Shown here: positions 28,649-39,546 of the stretch, piece by piece
Position numbering within the stretch: the stretch's first letter is position 1
Layout of the letters: each line of letters starts with the position of its first letter
NCBI GenBank assembly: GCA_963752255.1
Contig: CAVVXT010000019.1
Location: forward strand, 256,001-320,000
Length of the DNA: 64,000 bases
Origin: Nitrososphaeria archaeon
GTDB taxonomy: Archaea > Thermoproteota > Nitrososphaeria > JACIWG01
Direction of reading: 5' to 3'
Position numbers and translations under genes: made by a program
Notes under the pieces: model-generated
The model's input: the letters and a program-made list of their open reading frames with translations, nothing else
What the model was told of the DNA's origin: nothing
The model's database searches: none

Positions 28649-31439
28649 CTAAACTTTTTGTTTTATACTTCTTCTACGAAGTATTGCCTTTCTTATTTCT
28701 TCTAATATGAATATTACCGGCGCAAAGCTATAGAGGTAGATCCAATCGGATAAAGAAAGAGGTGTCGTTCCAAATAAGGTATTGAAGAACGGCACATAAA
28801 CTATAGTTATCATTATAGCCAATGATGAGACAATTCCTATTAAGATCCATTTATTCCTTAATGGACTTAATTTGTAAGCAGGTTCCAAATTGGTCCTCGC
28901 AGCCAGAAGGGTTCCAAGTTGTCCAGCTATTATTCCTACCATGACCATGGTTGTGCCTTTAGAATATAGTAAAGGATTAGCAACTGTATTTTGACCTAAA
29001 GACCATCCTGCTTGAGACCACTTGTTAAATGCGTTTAACATAGCCCATAAGGAGATAAGTAAGCCAACATAAAACGCGTGAAATAATGTTTTAAAATCTA
29101 TTAGCCTAGTTCCTAGACGCCTTGGAGGCTTAAGCATAACATGAGGTTTGGGAGGTTCAAGGGTGATGGCAAGGGATGGAAGAAGATCCATGCCTAGATC
29201 TATCGCTAAAACTTGGGATACAAGAAGAGGTAACGGAATACTGAATAATATAAAAGCGATGAATGTGACCAGTTCAGCCATATTATGTACAAATACATAG
29301 TAAACGAATCGCTTTAGGTTATCGAATACCGATCTCCCAAGCTCTATTCCTTTAACGATAGACACGAAGTTATCATCTAGGAGAACCATATCAGCTGATT
29401 CCCTTGCGACATCTGTTCCCGTTAGGCCCATTGCGATTCCGACATGTGCTTCTAATAGGGCTGGCGAGTCATTTACGCCGTCCCCTGTGACAGAGACTAT
29501 TTCACCCTTGGATTTTAGATTGCGAACAATTCTTAGTTTTTGCTCAGGAGCCGTGCGTGCGAATACGATTTCGCGTGCATCCAAGACCTTTGAGAGCTCT
29601 ACATCAGATAACCTTGTAAGATCGGGACCCAGAAACTATGATATAGTCAGGCGAAGTCAAAATACCAACCCTTTTTGCAATCGCTTCAGCTGTGAGCTCG
29701 TAATCGCCGGTGATCATGATGACTCTCATTCCAGCACCTCTCGCTTTCTCCACTGCCTTTTCAACATCCGGCCTGGGAGGATCGTGCAGGGCAACTAATC
29801 CCAAAAAGATTAGATCCTTCTCAATCGCTTCAGATTGAAATTCTTTTAAATCGTTCGGCAGAGCCCTCAAAGCTAGCGCAAGCACCCTAAAAGCTTCAGC
29901 AGCAAATTGATTTATCTGATGATTTATTATCTCCCTCATACCTGCATCTAATTCAATTACATCATTGTTGAAAAATATTTTAGTACATTTCGATAGGACC
30001 TCAAACGGAGCACCTTTTGTGTAGGCTGTGATTTCACCTGTAACATTCTTATGCACACTTGTCATCATCTTTCTTCTTGAATCAAAAGGAATCAGAAAGA
30101 TTCTGGGATTTTCAGCGAGGGCAAGTCTTAGGTTAAAGTCTCCTTTTGCCGAAAGAACTAGGAGGGCAGCGTCTGTCGTGTCCCCAATCGCTGTCCACTT
30201 TGGAATTCTATCGGATGGAGGAATTAGCTGAGCGTTGTTTGCAAAAGCTGCTGTTTCAAAAATTCTTAGAATATGAGGCATCTCTAGTGAATTTGTCTTC
30301 CTTCCATCGATTGTGACGAAACCTTCAGGTTTATAGCCGTCTCCTGTGACTTCAAATATGTGTCCAGAAGCCCAACCTTTCTTAACGAACATTTCACCGC
30401 TTGTTATCGTCCCCGTTTTGTCAACACATATTACTGTAGTTGAGCCAAGAGTTTCAACCGCTGATAGACGCTTGACGACGACTTTTACCTTCGACATCGC
30501 GACAGCACCAAGAGCTAGTGCTAGGGAGACTGTAACCTGAAACCCTTCAGGAACAAGAGAGACCATAACACCTATCGAAAACAGCATACTCTGTATTAGT
30601 GTTAGATTCAGGAAAGACGACGATATTACAAAGAATAAACCAGCAACAGCTACTGCGACTAGAAAGTTGATCCTTGCCGTATAATTTATTTCCTTTTGCA
30701 ATGGGCTCAAAGGATCCTTTATTTCTCGTGCTATAGACACTATTCTGCCAAATTCAGTATTTTTCCCTGTAGAGACAATTATACCCTTTGCAAAACCTGA
30801 GGAAATAGTAGTTCCGGCAAAAACAATATTATCATAATCTGAAATATCTCCTTCAGAGATATTTGGTAGTGCTTCAACGAATCTTCTTTGAGGTTCTGAT
30901 TCGCCGGTTAGGACAGAATTGTCTACAGTGACTTCAAACATCGTAGTCAGTCTTATATCAGCTGGAACTCTATCGCCTTCCTCAAGCACTATCAAGTCTC
31001 CCGGAACCACACTCGAAGCAGAGATTTGTATCGTCAAACTTCGCCTTACAACTTTCGCGTATTCAGGAACCAATTTTTTAAGCGCTTCAACAGCTTTTTC
31101 TGCTCTAAATTCTTGGAAAACGCTGAAGACCGAGTTAATTATTACAACTAAGAAAATGGCGACACTTATCTGAATCGAACCAGCGTTGTTATATAATAAG
31201 CCACTAAAGAAAGAGAGAAGTGAAGCAAAAAGAAGAAGAACATTAAAAAGGTTCTCGAACTCTTTTAGAAACCTTATAACGACATTAGCCTTTTTGGTAG
31301 AAGGAAATATGTTATACCCATATTTGTCTAATCTCCCTTCAGCTTCTTCAGTAGAAAGTCCTGAAGGACTTGTACCAAATTCTTTGTAAAGTTCCTCCAC
31401 ACTTAAGGAGGCAGCTCGCTTGTAAGACAAAACAGGCAC
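28649..31439 (-). CDS. type II P-type cation ATPase, split by a +1 indel near 29625
   Basis: TGES, PEG, DKTGT, KGA, DPPR, TGD; C-part TGDGVND; removing one base restores SG(S/P)DLTRLSDVEL. Confidence 0.92.
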
Positions 31440-31747
31440 CCAAGATTATAGACTCCCAACGCCCAACTTCATAAAGGCCTATTTAACCATTTAGTAGGTT
31501 AATACGATTGAAACCATACGAAATGATGTTTGATGCATATAGATTACAACTCTCTAATCGGCTCTTATGAATTCTCTGAACCAAGTTAATTAGTTAAAAA
31601 CGAAATTAAGTATCATATTAGATTGTTAAAGAAAAATGGAAATTATTAGGTTAAAGCATGCTTTAATGTCATGTAGTTTGGCAAAGAAATAAAATAGTAC
31701 TATGTAAGTAAAACAAATTTATATAGATTCAGCTAATTTTAGGAAGC

Positions 31748-32356
31748 GTGTCAGAAATACAAGAGAACCACATTTTGATAAAGGTTCATCGCCCTGATAT
31801 ATATGAAAAAATCTTTTTCTTCCTTTCAGGGATAATAATAAGCGTACCTCTCACACTTTTTGTAGAGACTTTGGGAAGTCAGAATTTTTTTGGAATCCCA
31901 GACTTCTTTTTCAGCATTTTTTCTGTAGCAATTTTAGCCCCCTTAATTGAAGAATTTGCAAAAGCCTACCCCATCTTCTATCGCCATGGCGAAACTGAGA
32001 GATCAATTTTTGTCCTTGGTTTCCTAGCAGGATTAGGTTTCGGTGTAACGGAATTTTTTGTTTACGTCATCAGTGGGGCACCGATATACATAAGGATTTT
32101 TGGAGTTTTCTTTCACGCTGCTAATACTTCGATAATTGCATACGGTGTAGCGAAGAGACAGGTTCTTAAATTCTATTCTATGGCCGTTTTTCTCCACGCC
32201 TTAAACAACTTTTCAGCACTACTTGGAATTTTTTATCTTGTAGGAGGATCAATCGCCTTGGCGACGTCATTCTCTTTTTCATATTACTTTTATACGATAA
32301 CTCAAGAAAAAATTATAGTTAACAACATAAAAGAGAATCCGTCAGACAACCAATAA
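31748..32356 (+). CDS. PrsW family intramembrane protease
   Basis: PLIEEFAK, GLGFGVTE, FHA, LHALNN motifs. Confidence 0.9.
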   Translation: MSEIQENHILIKVHRPDIYEKIFFFLSGIIISVPLTLFVETLGSQNFFGIPDFFFSIFSVAILAPLIEEFAKAYPIFYRHGETERSIFVLGFLAGLGFGVTEFFVYVISGAPIYIRIFGVFFHAANTSIIAYGVAKRQVLKFYSMAVFLHALNNFSALLGIFYLVGGSIALATSFSFSYYFYTITQEKIIVNNIKENPSDNQ

Positions 32357-32552
32357 TGCTCTATAATCTCAATCTCATGGATTTCAGTTAAATATTCTTC
32401 AGAACTCGTTTTTAAAGTATTTCATATGCAAATTTCCGAGATGGATTTCTAAACAATAGGTAACTTTAGCACATAAAATTCTGCATAAATTCCTAAAAAA
32501 AAGAGCAATTCCAGTCCCACCTTTCAACTGGAACTATTGGTATAATAGTCGC

Positions 32553-32870
32553 TTAGAACACTGTTGGCATTTTATCTATCTGCTTTAATAACTCGGCTAT
32601 CGCTGTGACAGGGTAAAACTCGAAGTCTAGGAAGTAGGAGAAACCCGCTCTGACGATCAAATTTGTCACAGACTCTGCACTGGGAGCTTCGAACAGCATG
32701 AACGCCTTATGGCCTGGGTCAAGATGTAGATCCAAAAGGACTTTTACATTAAGTTCTTTTGAAAGCGCTGGAAGCTGTGCGTAAGCCTTCTTCGCCGCTT
32801 CTCTGGAAACTTTGTTGGTCATCGGACAGATGTTTGGTGGATGAGTTCCTATTAACGCATATTGGGGCAT
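32553..32870 (-). CDS. DUF3303/GYD-like small protein
   Basis: HPPNICP..GHKAFMLFEAPSAESV; ATG 32870. Confidence 0.7.
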   Translation of the reverse strand: MPQYALIGTHPPNICPMTNKVSREAAKKAYAQLPALSKELNVKVLLDLHLDPGHKAFMLFEAPSAESVTNLIVRAGFSYFLDFEFYPVTAIAELLKQIDKMPTVF

Positions 32871-32907
32871 TATATTACCACTTGTCCTATACAATTAAGC
32901 GATAGGA

Positions 32908-32934
32908 CATAAGTATTTCCCGGACATATTCGGG
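32908..32934 (-). promoter_or_regulatory. CCCG-N8-CGGG operator abutting BRE/TATA (copy 2)
   Basis: Minus strand CCCG aatatgtc CGGG AAA TACTTATG. Confidence 0.6.
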
Positions 32935-33190
32935 TAAAATAGATGTTATAATCAGTAACTAATAGACCTTTACATGCCATTAATTATTTTCGACTTAATT
33001 GAAGCAAAGATATGTTAATATCAAATTTAGATCAACGTTTCTTGTTCTCCTTCTTTAATTGTAGATTTAACATATGTCCTTTTAATCATGCCACATCCTG
33101 AGCCATACTGAGAAGTGATCTTTTTACAGGGTCTATGAAGGTTGTACTTACACATAAAAAGTTGGGACTTTTAGGGAACAATATGCTATT

Positions 33191-33532
33191 CTAATTCTTG
33201 GATTGTAATTCACCGGGCTTTTTGCTAGCCTGTCTAAATAAGATATAACCTAAGGCCGATATCACGACACCGATAACGATTAAACTCGCCCATTCAGGTA
33301 TCATAGTCGCCAAAGCCTTAACTAAGCCAAACGTCACATAAACGAACCCGATCAAGAATAGGGTGAGCGCTAAAGCAAACAAGGCCATCTTTCTAAACAA
33401 AATGCGCAGGTACACCCAAGCCATTTCCTTAACGGAATCTATTTGTTCCTTTAAAGCCGCAGCTACAAAATTCTTGATATAGTTTGAGATTACCTCTCTG
33501 ACGTTATCGAATGCAGACTTATGCTGGCTCAT
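33191..33532 (-). CDS. YqjE/phage-holin-family-like 2-TM protein
   Basis: Amphipathic N-helix, two TMs, PEWASLIVIG motif. Confidence 0.7.
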   Translation of the reverse strand: MSQHKSAFDNVREVISNYIKNFVAAALKEQIDSVKEMAWVYLRILFRKMALFALALTLFLIGFVYVTFGLVKALATMIPEWASLIVIGVVISALGYILFRQASKKPGELQSKN

Positions 33533-33537
33533 AGAAA

Positions 33538-33783
33538 CTAATCTTCTTTCATTTTCTTAGCTGCTAAGACTAGCACCCCACCTACTGCCAGACCGGCTAC
33601 AAACGCAACAGCCAATGCAGTTCCAGGATGCTCCTTCGTCATCGTCTCAGCTTTTTTAACACCTTCTTCGACATCCTCTTTAAGCTTTAGAACGTTCCGG
33701 TTTATCTCACTTAGCATTTCCTGCATTTTAATGCCCGCCTTACCCATCATTTCTTCAGTTTCTTTCTTAGACTCAACTGACAT
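33538..33783 (-). CDS. DUF883/ElaB/YqjD-like tail-anchored protein
   Basis: Charged coiled coil then KEHPGTALAVAFVAGLAVGGVL glycine-zipper anchor. Confidence 0.75.
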   Translation of the reverse strand: MSVESKKETEEMMGKAGIKMQEMLSEINRNVLKLKEDVEEGVKKAETMTKEHPGTALAVAFVAGLAVGGVLVLAAKKMKED

Positions 33784-34184
33784 AATTCATGCTTATTTTA
33801 TGCTTTATATAAATCTTATAACGCTGTGGTATATACAAATTATTCCCCAAAAAAAATCATAAATATTAAAAAAAATTAATCTAAAATCTAAAATTACAAT
33901 ACTTATTACACCTAAGACGGAAAAGGAAATTGGTAAACAAATATAGTTTCTTGTCCTGTGAATTAAAGACAAGTTTGTTCACTTACTATGATCTTCGAAT
34001 AGCGAAACAGTTCTCTTATACTTTTGTTATATATCGACTAAATGACCGAGTATAAAAAGGGCGCTACAGACTTACTATATGATACAATTACCTATCGATA
34101 CCATTTCATCACTGATACACAATACATATTTGAAGCATCTAAACAATAAAAATAGCTTCCTAGTTTCTAGGCTCGGAATAGGAA

Positions 34185-35624
34185 TTAACCCTTTACAACT
34201 CCAATCGGCGTGATTTTAGCGACCTTTGTTGCAATACCAACTTGATGGGAGACTTCTACTACCATATCAACGTCCTTGTAAGCTTCAGGAGCCTCCTCAC
34301 TGACTACTCTGATATCTGCGGCTTCTAGCAGTATTCCACGGTTCTCTAATTCCCTCTTGACATCGGAGCCACTTTTAGATCTTAATGCACCTGCTCTACT
34401 CATCATTCGACCAGCACCGTGGGCGGTGCTACCGAAACTTTTTTTCATGGACAGTTCGTTTCCGACTAGGACCCAGCTTGAAGTGCCCATGGAACCCGGT
34501 ATAAGAACAGGCTGGCCGAGATCTCGATATCTTTGAGGAACCTCAGGTCTGCCCCTTGGGAAAGCTCTTGTCGCGCCCTTGCGATGGACCAAGACTTTAA
34601 TCTTTTGACCATCTACATCGTGTTCTTCGGTCTTGGCGATGTTGTGGGCTACGTCGTAAATTAGTCTTAGTTCCCTTTCGTCTACGCCGAAGGTTTTTGA
34701 AAAAGCCCTGCGAACCCAGTGCGTAATCATCTGACGATTAGCCCAGGCAAAGTTCGCCGCAGCGGCCATGGCGCCAAGGTATCTTTCACCTTCAGGACTG
34801 CGGATTGGGACACTTGCGAGCTCACGATCAGGCAGCACAATGTTGTATCCTCTACAACACTGCTCCATCAGCCTCAAATAGTCGCTGCATACCTGATGAC
34901 CTAAACCACGACTGCCAGTGTGAACCCAAAGCATGACCTGTCCTGTAGAAGGTATACCAAAGACCTTCGCAACATTTTCGTCAAATATTCTGTTGACGAC
35001 GCCGATCTCTAGAAAATGATTACCGCTGCCGAGGCTGCCCAACTGAGGAGCACCACGTTGCTTAGCGTTTGGGCTGACCATGCTCGAATCAGCGGATTTC
35101 ATGTGCCCATTTTCTTCACAGAATTCCCTGTCCTCTGTAAAACCGTAGCCATTCACAACGGCCCAGTCAACCCCTTCGTCAAGCGCAGAGTTCAAGGAAC
35201 TCTGACTTAGTCTCAACTGACCCTTACTACCTAAACCGCTGGGAACATTGACAAACAATTCATGAACAAGATGTCTTAGCTTAGGGCGGACATCTTTTTC
35301 AAATAAAGGAGTGGAAATTAGTCTGACGCCACAGTTGATATCGTAACCAACTCCCCCGGGGGAAATAACCCCTTCATCGTAGCTTGTCGCTGCTACTCCC
35401 CCTATTGGAAAACCGTAGCCTTCGTGACCATCCGGCAGAACTATTGAAAACTTCTGTATTCCAGGTAGATGTGCAACATTCACCGCTTGACCTAACGTAC
35501 GATCTTCTGTCATCTTACGTAAAAGTTGCGAATTAGCGTATATTTTGACGGGTACCCTCATTCCCCCATCCTTTTGTATTTCATATTCTACTTCTGAAAC
35601 TTTATCAGGCGAATATTTTGACAT
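34185..35624 (-). CDS. rtcB: RNA-splicing ligase RtcB
   Basis: PDGHEGYGFPIG, GYDINCG, GSGNHFLE, HNIAK, HRKGAT, STAHGAGR, EEAPEAYK. Confidence 0.98.
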   Translation of the reverse strand: MSKYSPDKVSEVEYEIQKDGGMRVPVKIYANSQLLRKMTEDRTLGQAVNVAHLPGIQKFSIVLPDGHEGYGFPIGGVAATSYDEGVISPGGVGYDINCGVRLISTPLFEKDVRPKLRHLVHELFVNVPSGLGSKGQLRLSQSSLNSALDEGVDWAVVNGYGFTEDREFCEENGHMKSADSSMVSPNAKQRGAPQLGSLGSGNHFLEIGVVNRIFDENVAKVFGIPSTGQVMLWVHTGSRGLGHQVCSDYLRLMEQCCRGYNIVLPDRELASVPIRSPEGERYLGAMAAAANFAWANRQMITHWVRRAFSKTFGVDERELRLIYDVAHNIAKTEEHDVDGQKIKVLVHRKGATRAFPRGRPEVPQRYRDLGQPVLIPGSMGTSSWVLVGNELSMKKSFGSTAHGAGRMMSRAGALRSKSGSDVKRELENRGILLEAADIRVVSEEAPEAYKDVDMVVEVSHQVGIATKVAKITPIGVVKG

Positions 35625-35918
35625 TTCGGACCATCTCTTTCAGGACATTATTATTTTCCTGGAGACGATCCAAGGAAGAACAGAGCTGTTCATTTTAAAT
35701 TTGAATTTCGATATATAAATGTTTAATGTGTTAAAGTTCACAGTTATCGAGCTTTTTCAAGTATCAATAAGTCTAAATCGATGGCTTTACCTTTAACCTT
35801 ATATAAAAAATATGTAGACATTTTATTTCAACATGCATTTCCAATTTTGATCGAGATTTATTACCGCAGCTAACTTTAAATGAGGGTAAAACACTTTTTC
35901 CAATTGGAGATTCACATC

Positions 35919-36611
35919 ATGGTGAAAATTATTGATGAGCCATCTTACAGAGAGAAAAAATTTGTGTTTAAGGATAGATTTCAAGCAGGTAAAATCTTGG
36001 CTGAAAAATTAGGGGAATATAAAAGCAAATCTGATGCCATCGTTCTCGCCGTGCCTGCCGGAGGTGTACCGGTAGGATACATCGTCGCCAAAAATCTTTC
36101 CATATCTTTTGACATTATCGTAGTAAGAAAGATACAGATTCCGTGGAATACTGAAGCCGGTTTCGGCGCTTTATCTTGGGACGGAGAAATCGTCTTCAAT
36201 GAACCCCTGCTCAGAAGCCTTAATTTGAGGAAAGATGAAATTGAAGATTTGGTCTCGAAGACCAAGAAAATAATTCTCGGGAGGCTTAAGAAGTTTAGGG
36301 GTGATAAGCCGATGCCTGATATTAAGGGTATAGATGTGATACTCGTAGATGATGGTCTAGCTTCTGGTTTCACAATGTTGGCTGCTGTAAAATCAGTTAA
36401 AAAAATGGGTGCAAAAAAAATAATTGTAGCTGTCCCTACATCATCTGTAAGCGCGATCAGACTTCTTAGATCAGAGGTAGATATGCTGGTTTCTCTAAAC
36501 GTAAGAAGTGTTCCTGCCTTTGCCGTCGGAGATGCCTACTTAGAATGGCATGATCTATCGGATGATGAAGTAAAAAAGATTCTGGATGGTAAAGAAGGAA
36601 CTTACTTCTAA
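35919..36611 (+). CDS. phosphoribosyltransferase family protein
   Basis: FKDRFQAGK, VRKI, ILVDDGLASGFT PRPP loop. Confidence 0.9.
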   Translation: MVKIIDEPSYREKKFVFKDRFQAGKILAEKLGEYKSKSDAIVLAVPAGGVPVGYIVAKNLSISFDIIVVRKIQIPWNTEAGFGALSWDGEIVFNEPLLRSLNLRKDEIEDLVSKTKKIILGRLKKFRGDKPMPDIKGIDVILVDDGLASGFTMLAAVKSVKKMGAKKIIVAVPTSSVSAIRLLRSEVDMLVSLNVRSVPAFAVGDAYLEWHDLSDDEVKKILDGKEGTYF

Positions 36612-36715
36612 ACAAATAAAGAATGCCATTAAGGACAGAAAAAATGTGTCCATTTCCTGCACAATTGCTCAGGATAACAAGGAATATAAATCAAGACGTT
36701 GCAATCAATAACATT

Positions 36716-37582
36716 ATGCAGTCGAACAGAAATGACATGACCGGTAGAGTCTGCATTATAACAGGCGGTACTTCTGGGATAGGCAAAGCAACAGCGTTGG
36801 GATTAGCGAAGTTAAACGTAACATTGGTTATCGTCGGAAAAGACAAAAAAAGAGGGGAATCAGCACTGGAAGATATTAGGTTAAGGAGCGGTAACAAGGA
36901 TGTTAATCTTATGTTAGCAGACTTTTCCTCACAGCAGTCGATTAGGCAGCTGGCACAAGATTTTAAAAGCAATTACAAGGGTTTGGACGTCCTTGTCAAC
37001 AACGTAGGCGTCTTTATGCTAAGACGTTCTCTTACGGTGGACGGAATCGAGAAAACCTTCGCAATTAATCACCTCGCTCCCTTCCTACTAACAAATCTCT
37101 TACTCGATCTACTCAAAAGCAGCGCTCCTTCTCGTATAGTAAATGTGGCGTCAGCATCCCATTATGGAGCGAAAATACATTTCGAAGACATCCAGGGAGA
37201 AAGAAGATACAACCTATTCGGAGCATATGGTCAATCGAAACTTGCCAATGTACTATTTACATATGAGCTTGCTAGTAGGCTTAGATCAACAGGTGTAACC
37301 GTGAATTGTCTTCATCCAGGCTTTGTAAGGACAAGCTTGGGTCGAGACAACGGTCCTCTGTTCCCCTTCTTCAAGATTGCAGGAATATTTGCTTCCAAAC
37401 CTGAAAAGGGGGCGCTGACGGTGGTGTATCTGGCATCCTCTCCAGAGGTTTCAGGAGTCACGGGAAAATATTTTACTAAAAGGAAGGAGGTAAGATCCTC
37501 TGAAGAGTCTTACAACATAGAAACCGCCAAACGTCTTTGGCAATTAAGCGAGGAACTTACAGGACTCCCTAAAACAAACTGA
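36716..37582 (+). CDS. SDR oxidoreductase (retinol dehydrogenase-like)
   Basis: TGGTSGIG, YGQSK, LHPG; start chosen from TATA at ~36684. Confidence 0.93.
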   Translation: MQSNRNDMTGRVCIITGGTSGIGKATALGLAKLNVTLVIVGKDKKRGESALEDIRLRSGNKDVNLMLADFSSQQSIRQLAQDFKSNYKGLDVLVNNVGVFMLRRSLTVDGIEKTFAINHLAPFLLTNLLLDLLKSSAPSRIVNVASASHYGAKIHFEDIQGERRYNLFGAYGQSKLANVLFTYELASRLRSTGVTVNCLHPGFVRTSLGRDNGPLFPFFKIAGIFASKPEKGALTVVYLASSPEVSGVTGKYFTKRKEVRSSEESYNIETAKRLWQLSEELTGLPKTN

Positions 37583-37861
37583 AAAATTATGGAAGACCAG
37601 AATGATTGAGTAGCTAACGTTAGTGGGTTTAGAAGTATTGATGAGATTAAATTTTTTCTTTGACAGTAGAAAACAATTCAAGGTTGATTGATTTCAAGGA
37701 TTAGGTTCGCCTTCAATAGAATCGCATCATTAATCGCATTTGATCCATAACGGCTCTTAAATCAGCCAACTTGACAAAGTTAAATGGCCAAGCCTTAAAC
37801 TTATCCCTATTAATTTAACCAAACATTTTGGTAATTCCCTTTGGTTTTAGTTAATTTAACT

Positions 37862-38095
37862 CTATTCTTCCATAACAATCGTTGTGAGAGTTGAACGGAT
37901 ACTCTTTAGCCCTCTGATCTTAGAACTTATAGTATCCTTTAATTTATCCATGGTGTCTGCTTTAAGCTTGACAATTACATCATATGTGCCGTAAATAGCA
38001 TAAGCTTCTTTTACCTCTTCTATCTTTTTAAGCTCTTTAACTATTTCCCTTTCAGAACCCAAATCCGCATTTATCAATACAAACGCCGTCGGCAT
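37862..38095 (-). CDS. stand-alone Lrp/AsnC ligand-binding (RAM) domain protein
   Basis: MPTAFVLIN..YGTYDVIVK..IRSTLT. Confidence 0.92.
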   Translation of the reverse strand: MPTAFVLINADLGSEREIVKELKKIEEVKEAYAIYGTYDVIVKLKADTMDKLKDTISSKIRGLKSIRSTLTTIVMEE

Positions 38096-38433
38096 TCCTA
38101 TCATTTTAAATATGAAATTGTTATATAAAACCTTTTCCATAAAGATATGATAATATTTTTATAATATTTCAAAAAGAATTTAAATTTATACCTTAATCTG
38201 TAAAAAAAGATTATATCAAAAGTCCCCCACCTTATAATCGCCGAACGCTTCGATGGAACCCCTACAAATGGAGAAAGTTCCATCACCTTATGTCCGACCA
38301 TGTCAGATTAAGCGTTTACACTTGTAGAAAGCAAACTATTTCTGTATAACCTGTTACCGTCGAATCTAAAAGTTTTGGCAACAAAATGTTTAACACCTTT
38401 AATATTTATCAAAAGATAGTTTATGGGAGAGCC

Positions 38434-39525
38434 TTGAACAATCGCGAGAGGACTATGGCAGTCTTCACCCACAGGAAAGCCGATCGTCTTATTTGGCAGC
38501 CTAGACTTCACCACTGGCATGAAGTTAACAAGGCTAGAGGCTCTCTGCCTAAGAAGTATAAGGATTGGGATATACTGCAAATTTATGACGACATAGGCGC
38601 CTCACCGAGATCCTATCACTATTTTAATAATGTAATCAGAACGGTTGAAGGTGACGGCGTAAGGGTCGAATTAAAGGAAGATATTGAATATGTTTACACT
38701 AAGTACATGACTGCAGAAGGGGATATTACTCAAATAGAAAAGAAGAACCTTTGGGGCACCAATAAGATGCGTATAAAGTATTTCTTGCAGACAACCGATG
38801 ATTTTAGAATTCTCGAATACATTCTAAAAAGACAACATTTCGAATTTGACGAAGAAGAATACGATAGAAATGATAGACTCCTAGGCGATAGATGCGAACC
38901 TATATTAAATCTGCCTCATGGATCGATACAGAGACTCTTTATCGAGTGCATGGGACTTGAGAGGGGGACAATAGCACTGTGGAAGACCCCCGAAAAAGTT
39001 GAAGAACTTCTGCGTACATTCGACGAAAACGACGATAAAAGATTCGAACTGATTAAGAGAACTCCATTTAAGATAATAAACTTCGTTGATAACATAGACG
39101 ATTCACTTGTTTCTCCTACATTACTAAAGAAATACATGTTGCCGTATTACCAGCGTAGAACACGAGAACTCCATCAGATGGGTAAGTATTCCACTTCCCA
39201 CTGGGATGGTAAGATTAAACACGTGCTACCTTTTGCTAAGGAAACCGGGCTAGACGGATTTGAATGCGTTCCACCTATTCCACAGGGTAGTGTCACTTTA
39301 GAAGAGCTTAGGGACGGCTTGGAAGGGATGATGCTGTCGGATGGAATTCCTGCCACCCATTTCATGCCCTATACGGGTGAAGAGGAACTTAAGAGGTTCA
39401 TGCAAAAATTACTAGACTTTTTTGCGCCAAATATTATCGTAGGGATATCAGATATGATGCCGCCTGATGGAAGTGTAGAAAGGCTAAGAATGGTCGGAAG
39501 AATAGTTGAAGAATACAAAATCTAG
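38434..39525 (+). CDS. uroporphyrinogen decarboxylase/MtaA-like family protein
   Basis: VSPTLLKKYMLPYY, SHWDG, GLDGFEC, ISD; start uncertain (38386-38455). Confidence 0.8.
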   Translation: MNNRERTMAVFTHRKADRLIWQPRLHHWHEVNKARGSLPKKYKDWDILQIYDDIGASPRSYHYFNNVIRTVEGDGVRVELKEDIEYVYTKYMTAEGDITQIEKKNLWGTNKMRIKYFLQTTDDFRILEYILKRQHFEFDEEEYDRNDRLLGDRCEPILNLPHGSIQRLFIECMGLERGTIALWKTPEKVEELLRTFDENDDKRFELIKRTPFKIINFVDNIDDSLVSPTLLKKYMLPYYQRRTRELHQMGKYSTSHWDGKIKHVLPFAKETGLDGFECVPPIPQGSVTLEELRDGLEGMMLSDGIPATHFMPYTGEEELKRFMQKLLDFFAPNIIVGISDMMPPDGSVERLRMVGRIVEEYKI

Positions 39526-39546
39526 GAACTAGATATCAGAAGCTAT

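Noticed and set aside
38255-38290. Fluoride (crcB) riboswitch suggested by GGTGATGGA on the minus strand
   Set aside because: Lacks the TCGCC/TCACC pairing strand and the downstream GATGAC..CTAC element
38101-38301. ORF starting MVGHK resembling a uS19 motif
   Set aside because: Five-residue coincidence; the rest is low-complexity promoter sequence
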